Source of the DNA: Chiloscyllium plagiosum
Lineage: Eukaryota
Assembly: GCF_004010195.1 (NCBI RefSeq)
Contig: NC_057752.1
Coordinates: 12,156,923 to 12,220,922 of the forward strand
DNA: 64,000 bases
Reading direction: 5' to 3'
The notes beneath the pieces are model-generated. The model worked only from the letters and a program-made list of their open reading frames with translations. It had not been told where the DNA came from and ran no database searches. The position numbers and the translations under genes are program-made. Positions 35,899 through 47,915 of this stretch are shown here, one piece after another (positions within the stretch are counted from its first letter, which is position 1; the number at the start of each line of letters is the position of its first letter).

Positions 35899-38800
35899 CA
35901 TTTTGTGTCAGGGAGGGGACTAACTATGTGCTGGCTGCCCATATACAGTCTGCACTGTGAAGAGGGGGAGAGTTTTTTTCTTTTTCCCCTTGTCCAGGGA
36001 AGACTTTTACCTTCAGTTTTTCTTTCGTTTTGTTGTTTTGTGCTTTTTCATTTTATTTGAACTGGTTGGCTGCACAGAGCCACCACCATTGTTGCTGCTG
36101 CCTGGGCCCCACAGACACCTGGGCCTGCCTCCCCTACTGCTGCCTGGGCCTCGCCAACACCTGGGACTGTTGCTGCTGTTACTGGCTGGGCCTAACCCAT
36201 CTGTTGTTGCCAGGGCCCACCAATACCTAGGACTGCTGCTGCTACTACCCTAGCCTCCATGTCGTGACCGCCATCACCTAAGGCCCACACAGAGGAAGAA
36301 CACCTGGGGTTGCCCAGCAGCACACTATGGTGAGCCCAAGAGCACCAGGTCCTAGCCGCACCTATACCAGGATAGCCGCTACCTTCGGCTCGGCTGCACC
36401 AGCCGCAGCTGTGAATACTTCCCCTTCAGGCACCTAACTAAACACCTGATGGTTAAGGCCTATCCTCACCCAAACATGACCATAGAGGCTTGCAGTAAGG
36501 CCATGGCTAGTGTGGTCGGCCTGCTAGCATAGTCTGGCCAGACACTCACCCTCCTCCCCGCCAGAGGATGAGGAGGCACAAGCAGCCCTTGGCATGGACC
36601 CGCTGTGGGGCTTTTGATGGCATATTGGGCTGAGTGGGGGAGTGCAGAGTGGGTATTGTGGTGGCACCTGTGACTGCCGGTGTGGGCTGGGCACCCTTCT
36701 GGGTGGGGCAGTTTTTTTCTAATGTGCCCCACCTCATGGCACAGGTGACACCGCACACTGTCCAGAAGATGCGGTAGGCCACGCCCTTTGTGGAGGAGGG
36801 TAAAGGAGCCCTCAGTGACCTCCTCCTGGGCCAGGCAAATAAACACCTGGCACCGGAAGGAGTACACGTGCTTGAGGGCGGGATTCTTCAGACCGAACAG
36901 GAGCGGTTGCACACCTGACTGAACTTCCCCCAGTGCTTGAAGGTGGGGGGAGAAGGAACTCAGGGCGGGACATTAGAGATCATGATCCGCTGGGCCGTGA
37001 CCTCCAATGGGTGGACAGGGAGGAATGTCCTGCCCACAGTAAGCCCCCTCTGCATGGCCACATGGACCGCCTGCTCGGTCTTCAGGAAAGATATGTCGCT
37101 GCAGCCGGATGTACGGGAAAGCCAATGGCTAGCAGGCCGACCACACTAGCCATGGCCTTACGGCAAGCCTCCATGGTCATGTTTGGGTGAGGATAGGCCT
37201 TAACCACCGGGATTCATTTTGTAAGTTCTGGGCCGGCTGGAGAAGGAAGCAGGGAGGCTTCCCCTCCCTGAGGCTATGGTGGGACGTGTGCAAGGCTCAC
37301 GTCCGCATTTTCTGTCAGGAGTATGCGAGGGGTTCAACAAACAAGCGGAAATCCTGGATCAAGGAGTTGGAGAAGGAGGTATTAACCTGGAGTCACGTCG
37401 CGGTGAGCATGATGTGGGTCTGGGCGGGGGGGTGTGCTGCAGCTCAGCCCGGAGGATGCCAGAAGGTTTAACACTCCTGTCATTTTAGAGGACCTGACCG
37501 GCACCCTCTACTGGCTCTCGAGGGGCAAGTCCCCGGTGCTGGATGGGCTGACTGTGGAGTTCTTCAGAGTGTTCAGGGACGTCCTGGAGAGTGACTACGC
37601 ACAGGTCCTGGGGGAGTGTCTCACTGCTGGAGAGCTGCCCCTTTCGTGGTGCATGGCGGTCATTGTCCTGCTACTGACGGGAACCTTTGTTCTTTGAAGA
37701 ACTGGTGTCCGGTCTTCTTCCTCTGCACAGACTACAAAATTTTCACCAGGGCGTTGTCCTCTTACCTGGCTTCCATGCTGGCCCACATGATTCACCCGGA
37801 CCAGTCCTACTCAGTCCCAGGCCAGAGGATACACGACAACATCCACCTGGTCTGGGACCTGATCCATCTGTCGACGGGCTGGTCTGCCGAGCGCCTTCCT
37901 GTCTCTCGACCAGGAGAAGGCGTTCGACAGGGTCGATCACGAGTACCTGCTCGGGACTCTGTAGGCATTCGGGTTCGGGACGCAGTTCGTCGCCCGGATC
38001 CGACTTTTGTACACTGTCGCAGAGTGTCTGGTTAAAGTTAACGGGTCCCTGACGGCGCGCCTTCACTTCGGGAGAGGAGTGCATCAAGGCTGCCCCCTGT
38101 CCGGCCAGCTGTATTCCCTGTGCGTGCAGCCTTTACTGCGCCTCTTGCGGAGGAGGTTGTCGGGGCTGGTTCTGCGCGGCGCGGGCACGGGGGTGGTCCT
38201 CTCGGCCTACGCTTTCACCGACCCGGCTGACCTGGGGAGGATGTGTGAGTGCCAGGCCGTGTACTTTGGTCCCTCCTCCTGGCTTTGTCGCTGACATCCG
38301 GAGAACATTGGTTCACTTCTTCTTCTGAGACAGAAAGATGCACTGGGTCGCTGCGCAGGTTCTGAGTCTCCCTATTGAGGTGGGTGGTCAGTCGCTGGCG
38401 TGTGTTTGCAACCAGGTGGTAACTTTCCGCCTTCAGACCTTGCAGCGATACCTTTATGATGAACCTCCTTCTAGGTGGTGCACCCTAGGAACGTATATTT
38501 TCCACCAAGTGCATAACCTCAACCACAACGCGCAACTCCTGTTCATCGACTGTGACGGTTTGGAGGTCGCTCTCAGGACGCTGCCTATCTTTAACCAGGA
38601 CCTGATCACAGTCTGGAACATGGTTGAATCGCATCGTACCTACCCTCCAGCAGGAGTAGCGGCTGTCATCAGGGAGCCATTGCTCAGGAATCCGAACCTC
38701 CGTACTCGCGGGTTTGTGTGGCTGTCAGAAAGGAAGGCTGGGCTGGGTAGGGACATAGTGGCAGGGCAGGACTGCCATTCGACGCCTTAAACCAACGGTG

Positions 38801-39673
38801 CTCGGACCCAACATCATGTATCCAGTTGGAGGATGCTCAGGTGTGCAGTGGAATCCCATCTACACTTAACCCTGCCCTGATGGAATTTCACATTGTTCCC
38901 AAGTTCCCGTACATCCCCTAGGAGCCTGTGCCCCACAACCTAAGCCGCCTCCGGAATTTTAGTTTTGCCCCCTTTGAGGACATAAAACGGTGAGCTCTGT
39001 ATCGACTGCTACTGCACACTGTCCACCCAATTCCCCTCATCCCCCATTTGCCACCGGGCGGTGGGGATCCCCAGTGGAGGGCTCTCTACGCGAGAGTCTT
39101 CCCCCTCTCTCTTGGGGATCTGGGGTGGAGGGTGCTGCACGCAGCAGTCCCCTGCAACCGCAGATTGCGGTGGTTCACGGACTCCCAGCCCAACTGCTTG
39201 TCGGTGGTGCTGTGGAGTCTGTAGACCATGTATATATTTAATTTTCTTAAAGATTTTCTCCTGTTTTTGGTTGCACTTCAGTCCCACGCTCCTGATCTTT
39301 GGGCACCCTGTGCGGTGGAGGGAGGGCAGGTCTGAAGACCTCCTCGTGGGTCTGCTCCTGGGCCTGGCCAAACTGGCCACCAACAGGTCCAGGCAGCGGG
39401 CCGTGGAGGGGGTCGTTAAGGCCGACTGCCTGCCCCTCTTCCGCGGTTACGTTAGAGCCCGGGTGTCCTTGGAGAAGGAGCACGCGGCGTCGACCAACAC
39501 CCTGGAGTTGTTCAGGGAGAGGTGGGCGCCGCAGGGAGTGGAGTGCATCATTTCTCCCTCCAACTCTATTTTGATTTAGTCCCCACCCACCCCTTCACTG
39601 TTTTGATCACACAGCACTGTCCCTTGCTGTGAAGGGCAGTGTTTGTCACTGCCCACCCGGGTGTTTTCCTATC
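35899..39673 (+). mobile_element. Tx1-clade (L1 group) LINE, decayed and rearranged, array unit 3
   Basis: ORF1 zinc knuckle (CHLCHEVGHI) in an inverted block. ORF2: WWDVCK, GKSPVLDGLTVEFF, DYKIF, HPDQSY, QEKAFDRV, GVHQGCPLSGQLY and C-terminal LLLGLAKLA. The 3'UTR runs into a gap. Confidence 0.85.
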
Positions 39674-39963
39674 NNNNNNNNNNNNNNNNNNNNNNNNNNN
39701 NNNNNNNNNNNNNNNNNNNNNNNNNNNNNNNNNNNNNNNNNNNNNNNNNNNNNNNNNNNNNNNNNNNNNNNNNNNNNNNNNNNNNNNNNNNNNNNNNNNN
39801 NNNNNNNNNNNNNNNNNNNNNNNNNNNNNNNNCACTACATGGCAAGCCTGACTGATAATCCGAAATTGGTTGACAGCATAATTCCTCACATTTTTAGGAT
39901 TATCCAGCAAGGATAAGGATTAGCATTATAGGCTAATAAATGAAATGTTAAAAACATAAATAA

Positions 39964-40987
39964 ACATTCTTGGCACCATGGAAAAGGTTGTGGAAATACT
40001 GTTCAGCAAAGACTGTTTTTGATAAACGTGCAACAGTTAAACAATGATTCAAGGAGCACACCTGTGTATAAACCTGGAGAAATGGGAGAGGATTAGACCT
40101 GAAGACTTACATTGCACCGTTAATGCTGATAAATGTTAAATGATACATTTTGGGAGGGAGAGTGAGATGACAAAGTAAATGCGAAATAGCAAAGTTGGAA
40201 AAAATAGTGTATCGATAAATGGGCTTCAGAAACACAATTTCAAACAGAGAGGGCACAAGTTGATAAGGATGTGGTATCCTCAATTTTATAACTCTCGATG
40301 CAAGAATACCAGAGCAAGAAATAATAAAATTAACCCTGCACAAATCATTGGTCAGACCAAAGCCTAAGTATGAAGGATCACAATAAAAGCTGGGAATTTT
40401 TAATTTAACAGAGAGGATATCTGGGAGACAGGTTCACAAACTTGAGGAATTTTGACAAGGTAAATAAGGTAAGGTAAATCTCCACTTTCCTCAGCACGCG
40501 CAGTACCTCTGCACGTAAATATTACCTTAAAAGATGCTATGGATTAGCTACCAGCTAATTGCTGAAGTGTGCACCCAGCTGCTTAATGCTTTCCTCAGCC
40601 AATCCAAAAAGGCCACATAAAACATGCACAACATGCAAACTCATTCAAGGTCACAGGCCTGCCGACCAAACAAGGACTGGAGAACTTAAGAGAAGGCTTG
40701 TATTTGTATGGGCAGTCTTCATGCTGGATTGGGAAAATCAATTTGTTTACAAAGCCCACTGTACAATCATGAAAGCGCAAAGAGTCATCAAAATGCAGGT
40801 TACACAATACTGTTCTGAAGGTGTGCAGGTTTACATTCTTGGCACCATGGAAAAGGTTGTGGAAATACTGTTCAGCAAAGACTGTTTTTGATAAACGTGC
40901 AACAGTTAAACAATGATTCAAGGAGCACACCTGTGTATAAACCTGGAGAAATGGGAGAGGATTAGACCTGAAGACTTACATTGCACC
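39964..40987 (+). repeat. 155-bp direct duplication (39964-40118 and 40833-40987)
   Basis: acattcttggcaccatgg...acttacattgcacc occurs twice, apparently identical. Confidence 0.9.
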
Positions 40988-41719
40988 ATCAACATACGAT
41001 AAACACCCCATATGAAAAGCATTCCAAGAACATATAGCCAAAAGACCAGTCAATTTATAATTCCACACCTGTGGAAATAACCACAGGCAACTATGTCTCT
41101 GCAGAATCAACTCTCAAGTGACAACTATGGAACTAGGATAATCATCTTCAGGGATTTAGTTACGGCTGTGACAAGTTAGATCATTTTCACATCACAGAGA
41201 CAAGGATTTTCTGTTATTTCTGACTACAGAATTGTGCTTGTGTCTTTAGAATCTAATATTCTGTGAATAAACAGAAAACGTATTTCATGCCTCTGATCAT
41301 GCAGAAATGCCACACTATTTAAATTGTTTCTGGACAACCTGAAAGTTAACCTTTTTGCCGTGTGTAGTGAAGCAAAGCATAACACGACATGTGGCCCACA
41401 CAATTCTTAGTATAGAAGGAATGAAATACAAAGTATTTGACCGCAGCACATTATTAACAGCGAAAGAATGCATGAACAGTTTACAAATTATGAGGAAGAG
41501 CTGCATCCGGTCAACGTTGCCTACATACTTCAAGTTGCAAGTCTATCTAAACTGCAATCAATTTTCCTTCCATGATTACCTGAATCAAGTCAGCAATTGT
41601 CAAAGGATTCAGCTAAATTTGTATTTATTTCTCGAGTCCATCCCAAGAAGCATTGTATTAACAGTCAAGACATCAAAATGGGAAGAAATCATTTGGAGGT
41701 AAAACTACACCCTCTCATG

Positions 41720-42405
41720 ATTGACCCCTCAACCAAGGGGGAACAGCAGCTCTCTATTCACCCTGTCTGAACCCTCAATCTTATTCACCTCAATCATGTC
41801 CCTCCTCAGTCTTCTCTGCTCTAAAAACAACAATCCAAATCTATCAAGTCTCCCCTTATAGTTCAATTTCTCCATCCCAGGTAACACCCTGGTGAACCTC
41901 CTCTGAACCCCCCTCTGCTGCGATCGCATCCTTCCTGTAGTGAGGTGACCCGACCTGCACACAGTGCTCCAGCTGGGGCCTGACCAATGCTCTGTACAAC
42001 TCTGGTATTATCTCTTTGCTCGTATATTCTGCGCCATGACTGATGAAAGCAAATGTCTCACATGTGCTCTTAACTCTCCTATTCAAGTGGTCTTCCAACT
42101 TCAGAGATCTATGAATAATTACCTCAAGACCCCTCTGTTCCTCTGAGCTGCCCCAGTCTCCTGCCATTCATTAAATATTCCCTCAACTTGTTTCTTCTTC
42201 CAAAGTGCATCACCTCTCATTTATTAGGGTAAAATAGCATCTGCCACTGGTCTGCCCATCTGACCAAGCCATCTATATCTTCCCGTAACCTACAACCATC
42301 TTCTTCATCATTAACCACTCTACCAACCTTGGTGTCATCAGCAAATTTGCTTAACATTCCACCCACATTTTCATCTAAATCATTAATATATATGAAACAA
42401 ATAAA
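41720..42405 (-). mobile_element. CR1 3' fragment
   Basis: SKFADDTKVG, LVRPQLEHC. Confidence 0.85.
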
Positions 42406-43184
42406 CATCTCTCTCTCCAATGAGTTGCAGTAACTGAAATAACTCACCTATGAAATGTACACAGGGTTGCACTTCAGGCTCTTTCAGTTGGAAGGCAGCA
42501 AAAAAGTATTATGGTACATTACATTTGTGCTAACTTCCACTTCAAATCATTCCAGCGGTTTTTACAATCATCAATAGAGGAAGAAGTAACTGAATTCAGA
42601 TTACTGAAGATCATCGACCAAAATCAAAACCGCACTGCCAAAGACAGCACTGCAGTTTCATAAATGTACCACTAGCCTCTCAAGCTAGAGTGCATAGGGA
42701 CTCAAGTAGTTGGGGGAAGGAGCACTGGGAAGAAAGGTGTTACAGTGACGTTCTGGAAAATATTCACCTGGGAAAATGCAAATATGAACACAACTGGCTT
42801 GCCACATGCTGCATAGGTTAAAATGTATTTTCCCTTACTAATGATTGACTAACTCTAACTTCTGGGTGTTTTAGTTGTGACATTATGCACAGAAAGACAA
42901 ACTTTGAATTTGAAACAAATCTGAAAGATTTGTGAAGTGGCACATTTTGGTCATGAATATTCTACGTGCATCCATGTGCATTAGTCAATAATTTCTAAGA
43001 GACCACATATTTTTCATTTTTGGGACTATAAACTAAAATGGAAGTTGGACTGTGATATAACTGAAATACCAGGAGAAATTTACAACTTGAAAATCAAATA
43101 TGGGATATTGTTGAGCTGTGCAATACAATGTTGCTTTTTGGAAGGAGGGAGAATTTGAGACTGAAAGGCACCGAGAATCTTTTG

Positions 43185-43656
43185 AGTCTGCATTCATCCC
43201 TTGTGGTTGGAGGGTTCCTAGGCGGAAGATGAGGCGCTCTTCCTCCAGGCGTCGTGTTGCCAGGGTCTGGCGATGGAGGAGGCCAAGGACCTGCATGTCC
43301 TTGGCGGAGTGGGAAGGGGAGTTAAAAGTGTTCAGCCAAGGGCGGTTGGGTTGGTTGGTGCGGGTGTCCCAGAGGTGTTCTCTGAAACTTTTTAAGAACA
43401 GTAGAGGTCCTTAAACAGAAGAGTGCCTCTTCTTCCGCCTAGGAACCCTCCAACCACAAGGGATGAATGCAGACTCAAAAGATTCTCGGTGCCTTTCAGT
43501 CTCAAATTCTCCCTCCTACTCTCCTCATTCCTGAAGAAGGGCTCATGCCCGAAACGTCGATTCTCCTGCTCCTTGGATGCTGCCTGACCTGCTGCGCTTT
43601 TCCAGCAACACATTTTTCAGCTCTGATCTCCAGCATCTGCAGTCCTCACTTTCTCC
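43185..43656. mobile_element. Penelope-like remnants: ORF C-terminus (-, about 43185-43390) and pseudo-LTR (+, about 43510-43656)
   Basis: RRLEEERLIFRLGTLQPQGMN is the typical end of a Penelope GIY-YIG ORF; pseudo-LTR carries a hammerhead core. Confidence 0.75.
43529..43560 (+). ncRNA. Minimal hammerhead ribozyme motif
   Basis: CTGAAGA-a-GGGC-tcat-GCCC-GAAA-CGTC; palindromic ACGT stem III; weak stem I. Confidence 0.6.
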
Positions 43657-43719
43657 GAGATCTAATAAGTGTCTTGTACAAGTTCAACATCCCCTCCCTG
43701 TTCTTGTACTCTATGCCCT

Positions 43720-44035
43720 GGGCAGCATGGTGGCTCAATGGTTAGCACTGCTGCCTCACAGCGCCAGGGACCCGGGTTCAATTCCCAGCTCGGGCAACTG
43801 TTTGTGTGGAGTTTGCGCGTTCTCCCCATGTCTGCGTGGGTTTCCTCCAGGTGCTCCGGTTTCCTCCCACAGTCCAAAGATGTGCAGGTTAGGTGAATTG
43901 GTCATGCTAAATTGCCCGTAGTGTTACGAGCATTAGGCGAATGGGTCTGGGTGGGTTACTCTTCGGAGGGTCAGTGTGAACTTGTTGGGCCAAAGGGCCT
44001 GTTTCCACACTGTAGGGAATCTAATCTAATCTCAT
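43720..44035 (+). mobile_element. HE1-type V-SINE, near full length
   Basis: A box tggctcaatgg, B box ggttcaattcc, V-domain, CR1-like tail ending (aatct)n. Confidence 0.85.
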
Positions 44036-45035
44036 CATACAACCCAAGATACTGTATGCTTTGCTTACTGCTCTCTCTACCTATCCTGCCACCTTCAAAC
44101 GAGGAGATGTTAGAACAAATGACCCATGTTTATTCAAAGAGGTAAGCAAAAAGGTTTAGGAAGATAACTTCAGATCTTTGGACTTAGCAACTGAAGGCAT
44201 AGCCACTAAAATCAGGGATGGTTAAGAGCCCAGAATTGGAAGAGCAAAGAGATCTCTGAGGGTTGTAGGGTTAGAGCAGATTATAGAAGTAGAGAAGGGT
44301 GAGGCCATGAAGGGATTTGAAAGCAAGGATGAGAATTTTAAAATACAGCTAATATAAGTCTGCAAGTATAGGAATGAAGGGAGAAAAATACTTGATGTGA
44401 GCTAGATTAGATAGAGCAGAATTTGGATAAACTCAAGTTTACACGGGCTCGTAGGTGGAATCCAAAAAACGGCACGAAGCCAGTTACCTCCTCCTCTACT
44501 CACTTAGGCTGATCTGATTGCATCCTTTCCTATTCACTTTGATTTCTCAATAAAAGCATTAAAAGACTAATCTGAATTACAGTTAAAACTTTGCACAGCT
44601 TTCCCTGGAACGTATGCTCACATACTATAATCACTCAAAGTACATACCAGTAAGTGGCATCTGGTTTATGGAAACATTCTGTTAAAGGCAAATTAGGTTC
44701 ACTAGGAATTCATACTCTACATACTTTAATGGGAAAATTGTTGGTTTCGAGAAAAGTTCAGACAGAGGTTTCTTGGTTTATGGAATCAGTTCTTGGCAAC
44801 TGCTCAAATTGGAATAGCACAGAAAATTCACAGATGGAAGCAGTTTAAACAAAAGTCTCATTTGCATGTATCTAAATGACTGCAGTGAGCCTCCACAAGC
44901 GATCAGAGAGACTTAGGTACAAACATGTTCAGCCAGCATGGTTTGATTTACAGAATATTGCCACATTTTGTAGATTGCTCTCAACAGATGCAAGGTTATG
45001 ATAAAACAAGGTAACAATTTTAGAACTCTGGGAAA

Positions 45036-45052
45036 AGGTCAGAATTAGTTCA
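45036..45052 (+). promoter_or_regulatory. Consensus DR5 nuclear-receptor element (RAR/RXR type)
   Basis: AGGTCA-gaatt-AGTTCA in non-repetitive sequence 26 kb 5' of the VDR start exon; motif match only. Confidence 0.35.
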
Positions 45053-45647
45053 CACACTTGTGTGTTTGCTTCAAGTGAAGTTCCAGACTAGGGCATACAA
45101 TCTAAAACTTGAACAGATAATCGATCCCTTACAAAGACTTGAAGTCTCCTAAAGTTGAGAATCAGAGTTGTTACTTCAAATTGTAACACCAAGATAAACC
45201 TGCTCACTTTTCAAATCAAGTTTTTGATTAGACAAGGTCATGGGTTGGGATGACATCAGAACACAGACAAAACTTGAGTATTGATGGAAAAAAAAATGAA
45301 TTTTGTCTTTCACTAATCAGAACAATTCACCAGAAAAACCAAAAAGGAAAGAACTGTATAAGAGAACCATGCTAAAACTTTGTCTCCTGATTCTAGAGTC
45401 ACCAGTGGAGGGAACATCCTACTTATATCCACACTATAAACATTTTGCAATTTTTAATGGGATCACCTCTCATTCTTTGAAACTCGAGAGAATGGAGACC
45501 CTGTTTCTTCAAACCCTCCTCAGGATATTGGAATAAGACAATTCCAATATCCTGGGGATTAATATGGTGAACCTCCATTGCAATCTCACTAGGATAAATA
45601 TATCCTTCCTTAGATAAAAGGGACCAAAACTGTCCACAATACTCCAG

Positions 45648-47100
45648 ATAGAATCATAGAGACGTACAGCATGGAAAGACCCTTTGATCCAACCCGTCCA
45701 TGCCATCCAGATAGCCTAACCTAATTCAGTCCCATTTGCCAGCACTTGGCCCATATCCCTCTAAACCCTTCCTATTCATGTGCTCATCCGGATGCCTTTT
45801 AAATTTTGCAATTGTACCAGCCTCCACCACTTCCTCTGGCAGCTCATTCCATACACGCACCACCCTCTGTGTGAAAAAGTTGCCCCTTTTATATCTTTCC
45901 CTTCTCACCCTAAACCTATGTCCTCTAGTTCTGGACTCACCCACCCCAGGGAAATGACTTTGTCTATTTATCCTATCCATGCCCCTCATGATTTTATAAA
46001 CCTCTATAAGGTCACCCCTCAGACTCCAATGTTCCAGGGAAAACAGCCCCAACCTATTTAGCCTCTCCCTATAGCTCAAACCCTTCCACCCTGGCAACAT
46101 CATTGTAAATCTTTTCTGAACCCTTTCAAGTTTCACAACATCCTTCCAATAAGAGGGAGACCAGAATTGCACACAATATTCCAAAAGTGGCCTAACCAAT
46201 ATCCTGTACAGCCGCAACATGAAATATTTGTCTCATCGATAGTCACAGGTGAGGTGCTAAAGACTGGAGATTGGCTAACATGGTGCCACTATTTTAAAAA
46301 GTTGGTAAGGAAAAGCCAGGGAACTATACACCAGTGAATCTGACATCAGTGGTGGGCAACTTGTTGGAGGAAATCCTGAGGGACAGGATTTACATGTATT
46401 TGGAAAGGCAAGGACTGATTAGGGACAGTCAACATGGCTTTGTGCATGGCAAGTCATGTCTCATGAACTTAATTGAGTGTTTTGAAGTAGCAACAAAGAG
46501 GATTGATGAGGGCAGAGCGCTGGACGTGAGTAAGATGTTCAACAAGTTTCCTCATGGTAGGCTGGTTAGCAAGGTTAGATCACATGGAATACAGGGAGAA
46601 CTAGCCATTTGGATACAGAACTGGCTCAAAGGTAGAAGACAGAGGGTGGTGGTGGAGGGTTGTTTTTCAGACTGGAGGCCTGTGACCAGTGGAGTGCCAC
46701 AAGGATCAGTGCTGGGTCCACTACTTTTTGTCATTTATATATATGATTTGGATGTGAACATAGGAGGTATAGTTAGTAAGTTTACAGATGACACCAAAAT
46801 CGGAGGTGTAGTGGACAGCAAAAAAGGTTACCTCAGAGTACCATGGGATCCTGATCAGATGGGCCAATGGGCTGAGGAGTGGCAGATGGAGTTTAATTTA
46901 GATAAATGTGAGGTGCTGCATTTTGGAAAGGCAAATCAGGGCAGGATTTATAGCCTTAATGGTAAGGTCCTGAACAAAGAGACCTTGGAGAGCAGGTTCA
47001 TAGCTCCTTGAAAGTGGAGACGCAGATAGATAGGATAGTGAAGGCGGCGTTTGGTATGCTTTCCTTTACTGGTCAGAGTATTGAGCACAGCAGGTGGGAG
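45648..47100. mobile_element. CR1 with inverted 5' segment (3' end on minus 45648-46221; upstream part on plus 46237-47100)
   Basis: The plus piece ends at ..caggtgggag, immediately before the atgttgcggctgtacagg where the minus piece begins in element coordinates. Confidence 0.8.
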
Positions 47101-47915
47101 GTTCTTAAAATATTTGCCCTTGCCTGTCGACCATCAAACCTTTGATTGTATTTTCCCAAACCACCATCACCAATTTGTTCCTCATACCTTCATAGTTGGT
47201 TGAAGTTTAAAATTCTAATTTCAGAATGAACAATATCACATTCACGCTTAATGTAAAATTCTATCATATTATGGCTATTATTTCCCAAAGATTTATTTAG
47301 AGCAAGGTCATTAGTTAGTCCTTTCTCAATACACAACATTAACTTCAAAATAGCTTTATCTCTAGCTGATTCTTCAATGCATTCGTGCTGACACGGTTTA
47401 CCCGGTATATATGTAAATTGAAACACCTTATACTGAGCCACATTTTAGGCCACTAAACCATGGTGGTAAACAATTCCCATAAATGTTTCCTGCCCTTTGC
47501 TGTTTTTAGCTTTACGAACTAATTCTACATCTTAATCCTCTCACTAATATACTGATCTTATCCATTATTCAGAGTACTACCACATTTCCTTTTCCCTTCC
47601 TAATTATTGATAAAATTTCTCAAATATTCCATTCCAGGTCTTATTTATCCTATAACTAAGGCCGAAAATGGCAACTTAAATCATATTTACTTCCCTCAAT
47701 TTGTGCTTTTAAATCTTTTACTTTGTTATGAATGTTGCAAGCATTCAGAGTGCCCTTAACATTCTGGCAAGTTTGATTTAGTTGACATACATAACTTGCA
47801 TAGTTGATGAGAAGGAAAAATAAAAAATTTGCTTTCACATAGATTTATGTAAAACTTCATGTTCTACTCTGAGTAGCTAATAGAGCTCAACTCCTATGGA
47901 AAAAGGTAATCAAAC

